The notes beneath the pieces are model-generated. The model saw nothing but the letters and a program-made list of their open reading frames with translations, was not told the origin of the DNA and made no database searches. A stretch of 64,000 nt of DNA. Origin: an uncultured Nitrososphaerales archaeon. GTDB lineage: Archaea > Thermoproteota > Nitrososphaeria > Nitrososphaerales > Nitrososphaeraceae. The translations under genes and the position numbers were made by a program. Below, one piece after another: positions 35,880 through 49,157 of the stretch (the stretch's first letter is position 1; each line of letters begins with the position of its first letter). The DNA lies in contig CAVPXM010000036.1 in the NCBI GenBank assembly GCA_963709405.1, forward strand, positions 47,921 through 111,920. The letters are read 5' to 3'.

Positions 35880-36364
35880 GTAAATTGTTTTATATCATAA
35901 TACCCAAAAGTAAGAAAAAAACCTGTTCGCCATGAACTAAAGTTACTTTATGATCTCAATATAGTATACTAGATCTATATGATATATATAAAAAAATTAA
36001 GAATCGAGAGATATTTACACTAGCATCCTGCAATCTCTTGTCCTTCCATTCGCCTCTATGCATAGATAATTACTGAATGGAACTATTATTTCAAGATTAA
36101 TCCAATATGATCAAAAACAGATCTGACTATCGTGTGGCGGGATTCACTGTGGTTGTTGTCTAATTCGGTATCACATCGGTGTCACATATAATCTGACGAG
36201 CACGCTGCAAATCATATTCTATGTCAAACAGTATCTTAAAGATTTTATTTCGTGAATATGGACATACCCTGTCCTTGCCGAAATAATGCTTGAAGATTCT
36301 CATCGAATATATTCGGCACCAGACGTAGAATGGTTTAACCAAACTCTTGCAACTGATTATCTAT

Positions 36365-36488
36365 AGAAATTGCAACCATTATAGGAAGCAGAGCATACTT
36401 TGTTGATTATACTGCAGCTACAGCAAATTTCTTAAAATATTTGCCAGTCGCAGAGAAGATGATTGAGTCCTTTCAGAAAACAAAATAG
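36365..36488 (+). pseudogene. PsbP-like domain C-terminal fragment
   Basis: Manual translation EIATIIGSRAYFVDYTA..FLKYLPVAEKMIESF. Confidence 0.5.
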
Positions 36489-36975
36489 ACTTGTATCGTG
36501 GTGGAAATTAGAACCATCAAACCAAAGACCATTAGGTCAGCCTGTGGGAATATATTTCCAAGGGATTAACTACTCAGCAGACTTAACGTATCATTTGACT
36601 GCAAAATAAAGGATGACAAATAGTCCGAGCGGTTGTGGCGCACCGAGTACTCTGATTCCAAGCGCTTCATCCATGACTGGTTCAATATGAAAACTGTAGA
36701 TCGCAATGTTCTATATAGGATCGTATATTATTGATAGTATATTCTTTTATTTTACTTCGTTGTATAATATTTTAAAGCTATCCTCAAGGGGGTAGAGATG
36801 GCGGGCAGGAGGACGGCAATGGCTGAGCCTCTTCTCAATATGTGTGAAAGGAGGGAGTATCATTCTATCGATTATACTGCTCAATATTTCAGGAATCAAA
36901 GTAAGCAGTGGTCACAAAGCAACATTGAATCAACTAAACCAAAGAGAGTAGTGCGTGAGTGGGTGGTGACGCAGA

Positions 36976-37161
36976 ATAAGTAATCCTCATGACGAATTAC
37001 TTTTGCACCCACAGCGGCAACCTGAAAAGGAACAGACAATACAAGATATAGAACAAGAGATAGAATGTCCTCGCTGTTATGATATAATGACGTTATCTTC
37101 CGATTTTGATAAATTATGCTATTTTTGTCAAGAATGCAACTTGTCACTTTTAATAAATTAA
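36976..37161 (+). CDS. small Zn-ribbon protein missed by the ORF track
   Basis: EQEIECPRCYDIMTLSSDFDKLCYFCQECNLSL*; start codon uncertain. Confidence 0.55.
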   Translation: MSNPHDELLLHPQRQPEKEQTIQDIEQEIECPRCYDIMTLSSDFDKLCYFCQECNLSLLIN

Positions 37162-38153
37162 TGAATGAATTTCTTATGTCACTCCTGGAGACGCTAATTT
37201 ACTGTCTTGGTATATTAAAGATAGAAAAAGATAGTGAATTTTATAGAAATGCAGTAGAACTTCAAAAGGTTCCAACAAAATTTGTGGATGGTAGCAACGA
37301 AAGGTTTACTGCTATGAAGATTATTGCACATGTATATTCCTTCAATATCTTTGCCAGATCACAGTTAGCTGATTTTCTTACGTTATCTACAAAAGGTATA
37401 GAGGAAAAAAGAAGTTCAGAAATAATAAACAATCTAATCTACAAGATATACATGGATATTATAGAAAACTATGAAAGCTTCGGTGATAGTTTAAAGTCAA
37501 ATTACCCTGGAATTATCGTTGATGTTATTTCTATTATCAATCACGGTATGGACACTAAAGGTTTAGAAGTAAGTAATATTTGGAATTACTACCAATCAAG
37601 AAAGCAACAAGCAGCAACAATGGTTGAAGGACAGAGAGAAAAAATATTATCCTATAGCGGAGCATCAAATACTACTACTACTGCTGCTACCGCGATAGCC
37701 GCAGCCGCTACACATAAGGAGAAAATTCTTCTACTGTCAAAGAAAGAGCTTGTTGGGAGACTTTCCAAATTCACAGATAGAGACAGAAAAGAGTTAGAAC
37801 GATCACTTTCAAGATTACAAGATTCAGATCTAAAGAAGATAAGTGAATTATGCAGCAACTATAGTAAACTACAGTACTATAGCAAGATGATAGCAAAAGA
37901 AGGCTCGCAAGAAGAATTTAGAAAGGAAATACAAAGTGAACTTGGAAGAGAGCTTAGTCCCCATCAGATCGGACGTGCTATTAACTCTATAAGAAGAGTT
38001 CGAATCTATATTGAAAACATTCTTGATAACAAATTCATACCTGATTCTTCGCATGGTATTAATCATGTCAAACACAACATTGAATATGGTTATTACATGA
38101 TGAATTTAATTGGACCTAGCAAAAGAAAAAGAAGCCCCAGTAGTCAAAGATAA
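37116..38153 (+). CDS. hypothetical protein with HD-domain-like His motif at the C-terminus
   Basis: 345-aa ORF; SHGINHVKHN close to the end, so possibly truncated. Confidence 0.5.
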   Translation: MLFLSRMQLVTFNKLMNEFLMSLLETLIYCLGILKIEKDSEFYRNAVELQKVPTKFVDGSNERFTAMKIIAHVYSFNIFARSQLADFLTLSTKGIEEKRSSEIINNLIYKIYMDIIENYESFGDSLKSNYPGIIVDVISIINHGMDTKGLEVSNIWNYYQSRKQQAATMVEGQREKILSYSGASNTTTTAATAIAAAATHKEKILLLSKKELVGRLSKFTDRDRKELERSLSRLQDSDLKKISELCSNYSKLQYYSKMIAKEGSQEEFRKEIQSELGRELSPHQIGRAINSIRRVRIYIENILDNKFIPDSSHGINHVKHNIEYGYYMMNLIGPSKRKRSPSSQR

Positions 38154-38352
38154 TTTTAGTTTGCATCTTTCGTAGCTAATACCATATTGACTAAATATGC
38201 TAGCGCCCTACTTCGAATTGGTTTTTGGAAGCGTGCTGAAAGTAGTATAACATCAAAGGAGGACAAGAGTCAATTATAGTGGACGCAGAGAATCGATTAC
38301 GCCCATTTGGGTGTGACCATTTTTATTGGAATATCATGGAATAGCTATACTT

Positions 38353-38419
38353 AGCCCAGTGCATTTTTTCTGGGGTGGTTCTGATCTGGCAGTCACACGC
38401 TTTTCAGGACGTACGGCGC
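38353..38419 (+). pseudogene. 67-bp fragment of a DUF5996 paralog
   Basis: Encodes SPVHFFWGGSDLAVTRFSGRTA, matching 12213-12279. Confidence 0.8.
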
Positions 38420-38462
38420 GCTAATTCACTTACTTTATTATGTGGTACCTCAATAATCCACA

Positions 38463-39509
38463 CATAGTACAAAATTTGCAGTTGAAGGTCTGAGTGAATC
38501 TATGTCATATGAGCTTGAATCATTCCGAATAAAGGTAATTCTAATTGAACCAGGTTTTGTCAAAACTAACTTTCAGCAAGCCATGATCAGATCACAAGAT
38601 TCGAACTCACCAGATTCGCAAATGATGCAAAAAAGTGTCGCTGTTTCTAACCAGCTTTTCCAGAGTGGATCTGCACCTGAGCTAGTAGCAGTACTCAAAG
38701 CTATTAATACTCCAAATCCAAATCTGAGATATTTAGCCGGTAAAGACGTTGAGGAATGGTTGCCAGAGGTACTCCACAAGGTACAACTAGGACACAGAAT
38801 ATTCATAGATGATGGAAAGATTGAGTCAGTTGTGATTTCGAGCAATGAGGATTATCTTTTATTAAAAGTAGTATCACCCTATGGTACAACCGCTAAAATA
38901 AAAACAGAAAAGGGTCTAAACTTTCCAGATTCTGAATTATCTTTGTCTGCGATAACTTCTGAAGATATTGAAAACCTTAATTTTATAGTTAATCATGCAA
39001 CAGCAGTTGCACTCTCTTTTGTTCATTCACATAAGGATATTCAAGATCTGTATAGAGCTTTAGAAAAGATAGATCATGCTGATTTTGGGATTATTGCAAA
39101 GATAGAAACACGTAATGCTATTCATAATTTATCTAAGATACTTATGTCTGGCCTAGATCTTCCAAAATTTGGAGTACTTATTGCAAGGGGTGATTTGGCT
39201 GTGGAAATTGGTTTTGAAAATCTGTCCCTAGTTCAAGAGGATATTTTATGTCTATGCGAAGCGGCTCATATCCCTGTTATTCTAGCTACACAGATATTAG
39301 AGACACTGGCAAAAAGTGGTGTACCGACAAGGGCTGAAATTACAGATGCAGCTATGGGATATAGAGCTGAATGTGTAATGCTAAACAAAGGTAAGCATGT
39401 ACTTGAAGCAGTCAAGATACTGTCCTTTCTATTGGGTGGCGAAGAGAAACACCATATCAAGAAGCGCGAGATCCTCAGAGATTTGACAACTCAGTACGGT
39501 TTTTCATAA
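38463..39509 (+). pseudogene. chimeric ORF: SDR oxidoreductase C-terminus fused in frame to pyruvate kinase C-terminal half
   Basis: STKFAVEGLSESMSYEL..IEPGFVKTNF up to 38759, then IFIDDG, IAKIE, IARGDL, ATQILE, PTRAEITD, CVMLN. Confidence 0.85.
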
Positions 39510-39798
39510 ATGAGGAATACACTATCCTAACAACGACGATTTAGTACAATATTCATCTCAAAAGATGTCAACTATAGGAAAAGACCTTTTTGATTTAATA
39601 AAATCACTACCATCTCGTACGTATAGGGATTCTGCCGAAAGTGATTAAAGATTAAAGAGTCTTCTAGAGAAGAAGAAGGGGTTTTAGACTAAACTAGATT
39701 AGGATTTTTTTCAGAATGATATTAGAATTCTTTACAACTTAACGTACAACTGTGTGATATCCTCCTATATGGGAGTGCATATAAGGAAGAAAGAGATG

Positions 39799-42404
39799 CT
39801 AAAATTCCACCTTTAAGGTAGTGATCCTATACGGATCAATATCCATCTGTAAGGTGTAACATTTTGATTCTTTAAGCTTTTTAATTTCATTTTCAAGCAA
39901 ATCGGTAAGGGCTGCAGATTTGACCATTAGGCCAAACCTTAAAGTTGCAACAGTTCTTTTTCCTTCTGTTTCATAAAACCTAACAATAATTGACTTCTTA
40001 TCTTCACTCATCTTAAGCGCGCTGAGGAGAATGTTTTTGGGTGTAATTTCCAAAAGCGAAAATTTGCTATGATACCTCTTCCTGTTTTCCTTATTTTCGA
40101 TCTTCTTGGTGACTTGAATCGAAACTAAAGGCATATTAATTTCCATTCCATGCCGGTAACTTGCTGCCTGCTTCCAATCACCTTCATGAGGTAATGCTGA
40201 ATATCTGAATGTGTATGGTCTTGTTTCAGCCGCGTCAGGAGTTGGTATGCATGGTCCCATTATTCCATCTGAGGAGAGTAAGACTACACTCCGTAGTAAT
40301 GTCAAATAAATTGATTGGTCTCTAATTTCATGAGAGGGAATTCCTTGATGTAACACACTTACTCCATGATCTTCTATCAGAATAATCAATCCATTCAAAT
40401 GAAGGAAATACTCCTGTTGGCTTCTCACTCATTTTCATAGTCTCTTTCTTAGAATAATGTTGATTAGTCCTTCTTCTTATTGCACCAAATTGAGTTCCTG
40501 ACCAATAGTTATTAGCGGATAACGGTGTCTCAAACTTTACTCTAATTCTGGAATGAGGATGACGGTCATGTATGTGTGTTATAAAGTCGATACGCGACAA
40601 TTCATTGTATATAATTATTTCTTTCTTTATCTTGATGTAATTATGTCTAAATAATATTGGTTTTAATTTATCGGTCAATCTATATGGCCAACGCAATGCA
40701 TAATAATTACTATCCAATACAATATGGGATCTTAACTTACCTTTTGATACTTTAAAATTGTCTGCTTTAAAGGCACCGTATTTTACTCCTTTTCCAGTTT
40801 CCGATTTAAGTAAGCCCAGATTTCCCCTGTGATAATATAGATCGCCTAATTCTTCCTCTACACCCAGTTCATTTCCTTTAAAAAGTACGTTACCATTCTT
40901 GGTCATGGTAACAATCGCATTATCAGGATCCACTTGTATTTCAAAATCATCAACAATCTTATGCTTAAAACCCACCTCGCTTGAAGAATAAATAGTACTA
41001 GAATCACTCCTAGACCAATTTCCATCTTTAATTATTTTATACGTGGAGAATCCTAAAGCAGGTACCGTAGGAATAAAACCTATTTTTATGGTCTTAATAC
41101 TTCCATCAGAATGAAGGGAGTGGCCTAGAATCTCTATATCAATTATTTCTTCATCATTTTCGGCATCATCATTTGTCGATTTCAAACCTACGATCCCTTT
41201 CGTTACGCCTTGATTAAATTCTAAATCAGACTCACACCAATTCCTAACCTCCCATGAAAGTGGATTAAAAACAATTAAATCGTATTCACACTTTACACCT
41301 TTCGCCAGTTCACCAATGTAAGCCGAAATCGTTTTGCTTAATGTATTTTCTACGTCGTCAAATATATCTCTGATTTCTTCATATACCTCATCAATTCCTG
41401 TGCCTGGCAATGCATCATGCATGACTACAAAAAGAATCTTTTTCCAATAACTTTTGAGCTGATCTGGCGTTAGAATAGTAGCACATCCTTCCAAATTACA
41501 AATAGTATCCAGTCTTTCTAATGTGAGCATAAAGCTTTCAAATTTTTTTGTCCGTTGTTTAATCCACATTCTTGATGAGGTACAATCAGGGAACACTTCA
41601 GACAATTTACCTGAATACATTTCACCCTTCCTCACTCGGAAGTCAATTCTTTCTCTTTCTAATGATTTGAAAAATTCTTTAGGTGTTGCGATGATCATCT
41701 TCACATTATCTTGATGGGCAGACTCATTCCATTTCTTCACCACATCAGATGTTTCTGGCTGTGGAGACATCACTCCACTACCAGAAGGCATTAAAATCTG
41801 ATTAGACGACAGCAAATTTTTTTAATTCATTATAAGATTTATCTAATTCTGTTAGATCTAGGCCTGCTCTGTATCCTAAAGGCATCCAATGACAAATTAT
41901 GCGAGATCCGTCTAGTCCTTCCCATAAAAATTCTGAGGGTTTGGGTTTATCCAGGCCTCTCCTAAATGCAAAATATTTGTATCCACAACCTAGAAGAATC
42001 TGTGGCCATTGTGCATTAAATCCGAATTCATCAGACCCCCATGCAACATGAACGTCCTGATCTAGTTTTTCTTTGACATATTTTTTTCCCACTGTTATCT
42101 CCCTTATCAAAACTTCTCCATTAGGAAGCATTACATCTGATAATAGGTACTGCCCTCCAGCTACCTCGATTTTGTCTTCTCTTGCTAAAGCCTTTATATC
42201 AGCAAAGAGTTCTGGATATTTATTCTCGATGTGCTCTAAAAGGAAAGTTTGTTCAATCAGGAACTTGTAATCTGTGATCTTCATTAGCTGCACAGCCTGC
42301 TTCAATATAAATTCGATGTTGATATAGTAATAATCTTCCTTATTGAATACCCATATCGCATCATAATGTGTATGGGGTACAAGATATATTACTGAATTAG
42401 CCAT
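39799..42404 (-). CDS. GH38 alpha-mannosidase, full length but with two +1 frameshifts
   Basis: PHTHYDAIW, DEFG, FLWEGLDGS, HDALPGT, VFNPLSW, LTLLRS, IVRFYETEG; breaks at about 41805 and 40375. Confidence 0.88.
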
Positions 42405-42488
42405 TTTATATAACCCATAATTTTATCGTAATCTCCACGTGATTGAGATCGGCTTGTACCTTTATGCTTATTATACGTTATTCCAAGG

Positions 42489-42746
42489 CTAACCGAAACG
42501 AGAACTAGGTATAAATTCTAATTCTACTCCAAGTTTTTCGTTATAATCAATAGTAAATGATTTATTAGACATGATAGGAAAGCTAGATAATTCTGTACCC
42601 TCTGTATTGCATTGTGGACAGCTATTATCAACTGGTATTCTAGCCTTATCAAGATATGTTACACACCAGTAACATTTCCCACACAAAATGAACATCGGTA
42701 ATAATGAAGAGCGATTACATGTTGTGTCTGTCAATTTTAAGCTCAT
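42489..42746 (-). CDS. small Zn-ribbon protein; paralog of 32557-32787
   Basis: FILCGKCYWCVT..CPQC..SSFPI. Confidence 0.7.
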   Translation of the reverse strand: MSLKLTDTTCNRSSLLPMFILCGKCYWCVTYLDKARIPVDNSCPQCNTEGTELSSFPIMSNKSFTIDYNEKLGVELEFIPSSRFG

Positions 42747-42823
42747 ATCAATATGGATTTACCTCCCTTTGCCATTAGTCTCAAGCTGACTTATGATAGC
42801 ATACAAAGCAATCGTATAAGACT
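42662..42823. repeat. 162-bp inverted repeat, copy 2
   Basis: Reverse complement of 32480-32641. Confidence 0.92.
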
Positions 42824-43220
42824 TACATTAGTCAACGTACCTGACCTTACCACTATATTCACTACATACATACCTATTAGCAAGAACAAAAACAATGATC
42901 TCATACCATATAATATTTTTCTATCCACATTTCTCCCTATGGATAATAATTGCAGCCTAACTCCTCAGCCTATGAAACACCTTATGCCGAGTGGCTAGGA
43001 AAGTGGTGGTCGTGGTGGTTGAGCATACCAAATGACCAACATCCTGGTGGTGATTCCCACAGATGTTGATCTTTAATATAATTCTGCAACAGGATTACAT
43101 ATGCCCGCTCTACCGTTCTTAATAATGTCTGACTGTTTTTCTCAGTCATATGTACATCGGTTATGACTGCATAGTAAAGAAAGTCTTCCAACATGGTATC
43201 AAATATCATGGAATGACCAC

Positions 43221-43355
43221 ATGATTACTCCAAATGCAGAACGTATTTTCGCAAAGCAAATGAATGCTACTACTGTATCACTACCATTTAGTTACATATC
43301 GCTTGTATCACATCCAAATGAAATAGCCCAATTGATCCTAAATGCAACAAGAGGG
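43221..43355 (+). pseudogene. alpha/beta hydrolase C-terminal fragment
   Basis: MITPNAERIFAKQMNATTVSL..SLVSHPNEIAQLILNA. Confidence 0.6.
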
Positions 43356-44082
43356 TGGTACAAAGTGAGTGAGTATAGAGTACATTTCAGAAGAATACCC
43401 TCGTTCTAATTGTAGATTCACTCAATATCTTTCTGTCAGAGCTTGGTAGACTATAGTTTACTACTAAAGCCACAGTGAAAGGCGTTAGCCTGATCTAAGA
43501 GCTGAAAAATATTTTATCCGGCGAAATTCTCTAGTATCAAGGTGGTCTTGTGGATAATGATGGTATTTCGCTGAATGGACAGTGGATTTTTGAAATCTGG
43601 ATCCGTGTCATAACTGACAGTCACTAATTCATCCATTTGACGATTAGTCTTGGGTAAAGCATAGCAGTAAAACATGTAACGGATCATCAAACGTGAACTT
43701 TGACTTATATTTTACAAATTTTAATGAGAAACATTCACTATTCATCGTTCAATGTGATTCTTAACAATGTTCGGACATAATTGCTTCCAAGTAACTATTA
43801 CTATCAATCTCTAATACATCTTATATTCACAACCCTGCTTTCCCTAAGCATCTACATATGAGATTGGAATGGAATTACAGCAATCCTGACCTTCCTTTAT
43901 TGTTTCCATTTATCTATGCTATAATTCTCTAACATAGTTACCAATAGAGAACTGTTAGATCTATATGATATTAGGACTAGGATTACTAAGTGAAGTGTGC
44001 ATATTTATGTCGTATTTTATTTATCATCTAGTCTAGATTTTTGTATAGTTAAAGCTTAACATATGTAGAATATCTCTATTTT

Positions 44083-45151
44083 ATGAATCATCCTTCTACT
44101 CTAAAACTTTCTAGAGGTCAGGAGAATATGTTAAAGTCAATCATGAAGAGTACCAATAATAAAAAGGATTATCGTAGGTTGCTGGCTATACTACAAAAAG
44201 GAGAAGGTAGAACCTATCATGACATAGCAAAGGAGCATGGAGTTAGCAGTAGATCTGTACAAAGATGGGTCGCTGCATACATTAAGAAAGGGCTAGTCGG
44301 AATAAAGATCAAGAAACCTGGAGGATTGAAATCTAGGATAACTGATAGGGATAAAGAGATTATCCTTTCAGCATTGTTTAACGATCCACATATCTTTGGT
44401 TATCTAAGGAATACATGGAGTCTAAGGTCGCTGGCAAGGTGTCTTACAGATGAGCTTGATATTCCAATCAGTTTCAAACATCTACAAAGAATAACTAAGG
44501 ATATGGGAATTAGATGCAAAAGACCAAAATTGGAACTATTACATGGAGAGGATTATGAACAAGGGAAAAAGAGAGTGGATAACTACAAGCATGTTGCATC
44601 AGCTCTGAAAAAAAGAGAGTTATAATGGCATTTGAAGATGAAACTACCATAACACAGAAACCTTGTATTCACAAGTCCATGAGTTTTGAAGGCCAGCAAC
44701 AAAGGATAGAACATAATGGAAGTAGAAGGAAGTTCTCCGCATATATATCCATGCTATGGCCTGAAGAGAAATTAATGACGTATGATTTCTATGATGATAG
44801 AATGAATTCTACGAATACTATTGACCATCTGGAGAATCTAAGAGAAACATTATGAAAAGTGATTGGTAGAAAAGACTCATACTCATATGGGATAACGCTT
44901 CATACCATGTAAGCCTAATGGTACGGAATTATATCAATGCACAGAAAGGAGAAGACTGGCTGACCATTATTCACCTACCAAAGAAAGCACCATACCTAAA
45001 TCCAAATGAAAGGAAAGTAAACCAGCAGATAAAATCAGATGTGTGTGCAAACAGATTTTATACGCAGATAGAAGAACAGAAAGCTGCAGTATCAGGTTAT
45101 CTAGAGAGTAGATTTGGAACTTGGAATGACGACAGACACTACGACACTTGA
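44083..45151 (+). mobile_element. IS630-family transposase (different subtype), degraded
   Basis: HTH orfA, slippery A7 at about 44608, FEDET, WDNASYH and LNPNE motifs; nonsense mutations; ends not resolved. Confidence 0.82.
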
Positions 45152-45327
45152 CTTATCTATTAATTAGATATTATTAGATATTAGATATTATCATATGGAA
45201 TTTAAATCTAAATATATATGATTCATGGTGATCCTATATAGATTAATTTCATTTATTCGAACAAAACTGGCAAAATAAAATATAAATTTCTAGATAACTA
45301 TAAGACAATGTATATATACTAAGATTT

Positions 45328-45792
45328 ATGTCAAAAAATTCCAAAGCAGCTGACGCTGAAGGAGCATCAGTCGCTACCAAAGACGAATTAATTAGTGGGT
45401 TGAATGAGGATCTGGCAAGGGAGTATAAGGCAATTATCCAATATGTGGTTTTCAGTTCTACATTGAAAGGCGCCGAGTACGGTGACATTGCAGACCAGTT
45501 GAAAGTGCATGCTTCAGAGGAACTCGCACACGCTCTTGAGGTAGCAAGGCAGATCGATTATCTGGGTGGGGATCCGACCGTGGAAGTCAAGGATGCCGAA
45601 TATTCTCAGGATTCAAAGAGGATGCTCGAAATTGACCTGAAGCAAGAACAGGAAACTATCAAGCACTACAGAGAGAGAATCCGTCAAGCAGAACGCTCTG
45701 GCGAATTTGCACTTTCTGAAGCATTAAGGGATATTATCGTACAGGAACAAGATCACGAAATAGATCTGAAAGATGCACTGGGCTTGCGATAA
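45328..45792 (+). CDS. ferritin-like (bacterioferritin-type) di-iron protein
   Basis: LNEDLAREYKAIIQY, EELAHA, IDYLGGDP, EQETIKHY, EQDH. Confidence 0.88.
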   Translation: MSKNSKAADAEGASVATKDELISGLNEDLAREYKAIIQYVVFSSTLKGAEYGDIADQLKVHASEELAHALEVARQIDYLGGDPTVEVKDAEYSQDSKRMLEIDLKQEQETIKHYRERIRQAERSGEFALSEALRDIIVQEQDHEIDLKDALGLR

Positions 45793-45794
45793 AA

Positions 45795-47013
45795 ATGTCA
45801 ACAGCAAGTAAAGAGATCAAGCCGCAGAGACCGTTGCCACCTCCGAATACTGACTTCTACCAACTCGCAGAAACTCTGCCTCCGGAGGAACTTGCGACCG
45901 TAAGACAGGTACGCTCGTTCATGGAGAGCAAAGTTGCACCGATCATTAACAAGTACTGGGTTGAAGATTCGTTCCCGTTCGAGTTGCTTCCCGCATTCAA
46001 GGATTTGAATCTAGGAGGTCTTGGAATGCAGGGTTACGGTTGCAGAGGAGGAAGCCCGCTTCTCACAGGTCTTGTTGCAATGGAAATGGCACGCACCGAC
46101 GCTTCGATTGCGACATTTTTTGGCGTTCACACTGGCCTCGCCATGCTTTCCATCTATGATACCGGTTCAGAAGAGCAGAAACAAAAGTGGCTGCCGCCAA
46201 TGGCCCGCTTTGAAAAAATCGGATGCTTTGGCTTAACCGAGCCTCTGGTTGGCTCCGGTGCAACCGGCGGTCTAACGACAACGGCGAAAAAGGAGGGCGA
46301 CACTTGGGTCTTGAATGGCCAAAAAAAGTGGATTGGCAATTCTCCGTGGTGTGACATTTCGATTATCTGGGCTCGCGATGTCGCGGATAACCAGGTCAAA
46401 GGTTTCATCGTTGAGAACAAGACGACGCCTGGCTTTAGTGTAGAGAAAATTCAAAACAAGTTCGCGCTCAAGGTGGTCCAGAACGGCTTGATCACGTTGA
46501 AGGACGTTCGGCTACCAGAAGAAAACCATCTCCAGGCGGGCAAGCAGTCGTGGCGTGATACGGCGCGAGTGCTGCGCCAGACACGTTATGGCGTGGCATG
46601 GGAGGCGACGGGATGCCAGATGGGCGCTTTCGAACATGCGGTAAAGTACGCCCAGGAGCGCTTGCAGTTTGGAAAGCCTATTGGCTCGTTTCAACTAATC
46701 CAGGATCTTCTCTCAAAAATGCTTGCTAACCTCACTGCCTGTCAATGTTTGGTGGCTCGCACGGGACAACTGGACGATCAAGGCAAGCTGACTGATACTC
46801 AGGGCAGCGCTAGCCAAGTCGTTTACCACGGCCAAGTGTCGCGAGACTGTGGCGTGGGGCCGTGAGATATTAGGCGGCAACGGCCTTTCTATCGATTATA
46901 ATGTCGGGCGATACTTCACTGACGCCGAGGCGCTTCTCAGCTATGAAGGCACGTATCAGATGCAGAACCTCATTCTTGGCAAAGCGATAACGGGATTGAG
47001 TGCCTTTGTGTAG
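45795..47013 (+). CDS. acyl-CoA dehydrogenase (glutaryl-CoA DH-like), +1 frameshift at about 46803
   Basis: FGLTEP, LNGQKKWIGN, RLQFGKPIGSFQLIQ; shifted frame gives ILGGNG..SYEGT. Confidence 0.9.
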
Positions 47014-47064
47014 TCCCTACACAATCAGAAAACCAAACAATGCGTCAATAGAGGATACGATCTC

Positions 47065-47863
<799 letters not shown>

Positions 47864-47886
47864 AATACAAGGAGGAATGAGATATT

Positions 47887-49145
47887 TTGGTAACTGAAAA
47901 TACTACAATGATAACCGATAACATCTTCTCGGGACTGAAGGTAGTCGATCTTTCGAGCTTTATCGCTGGTCCAGGCGCAGCAGTGATCTTGTCCGACTTC
48001 GGCGCCGACGTAATCAAGGTCGAACCACCCAATGGCGAGTTGTGGAGGATGGTGAATAGGGTTCAAGCGTACGTTCCGATGGCTAAAGACGCTTATCCTT
48101 GGCATCTAAACAACCGCAACAAGCGTGGATTGGCTCTGGATTTGAAATCGCCCGATGCAGGGAAGATTTTGGAGCGGTTGGTCAAGTGGGCGGATGTTCT
48201 GATCGTCAACACCCCTCATCTGGCGCGCAAGAAATTGAAGTTGGAGTATGACGATGTTGCACAGTGGAATTCCCGTTTAATTTACGCCGACATAACCGGG
48301 TACGGTGAAAAGGGCCCAGACGCCAATCTTCCTGGATTTGACGTCACGGCCTACTGGTGCCGAACTGGCTTGCTCTCTCTGACACGCGATGCTGGCAGCC
48401 CCCCCACATTACCATTCGGGGGCACCGGAGACAGCCCAACGGCCGTTGGACTGTTTGCCGCGATCGTAACGGGCTTGTATCGGCGCGAGCGCACAGGCAA
48501 GGGCTCCTACGTTACAACATCGCTATTAGCCGAAGGCGTCTGGTCTGCCAGCGTCGCGATTCAGGCGGCGCTTTGTGAGGCCAAGTTCGCCCCGGAGCAT
48601 GACCGAAAAAATCCGGCAAACGCGGGTATGAATATATACAAGAGTCTCCGATGACATCTGGTTCCTGCTTGTCGTCTCACCGGAGAAGATACCGGCACTC
48701 GCGGAGGGTATAGGCCGCGCCGATCTTCTGAGGGATCCACGATTTGCCGATCTGGCGAAGCTGGCTGCTAATATGGGCCAACTCACGGCGATACTAGACG
48801 AGATCTTTAGTGCACAGCCTATGGCGCACTGGCGTGAAGTCTTCGACAAGGCCAACGTAACCGTACGGTTTGGTGTGGGATCCGCAAGATGTTATCAAAG
48901 ATCCGCAGTTGAGCGAGAACGGCATCATCGTTCCTCTCGATGGCGCTGGTGGGAACCTGAAAAGCACGGTTAGCAGTCCCATTCAAATGCACGGCGTTAC
49001 TAAAGTACCTGCAAAACGAGCCCCGGAACTTGGAGAACACAACGAAGAGGTTCTTAAGGAACTAGGGTTCGAAGCGAAGGAAATAGACAGGTTTCGCGCG
49101 AGCGGCACGCTTGGGAAACCAAAGGAACCTGGGAAGGGATCATAG
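47887..49145 (+). pseudogene. CaiB/BaiF family III CoA-transferase, two frameshifts
   Basis: IAGP..LSDFGADVIKVEPP, NRNKR, ITGYG..PGFD, APELGEH. Confidence 0.9.
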
Positions 49146-49157
49146 GCTTTTCGTATG

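Noticed and set aside
45160-45192. TTAGATATTA short tandem repeats
   Set aside because: Low-complexity AT-rich slippage at an IS flank
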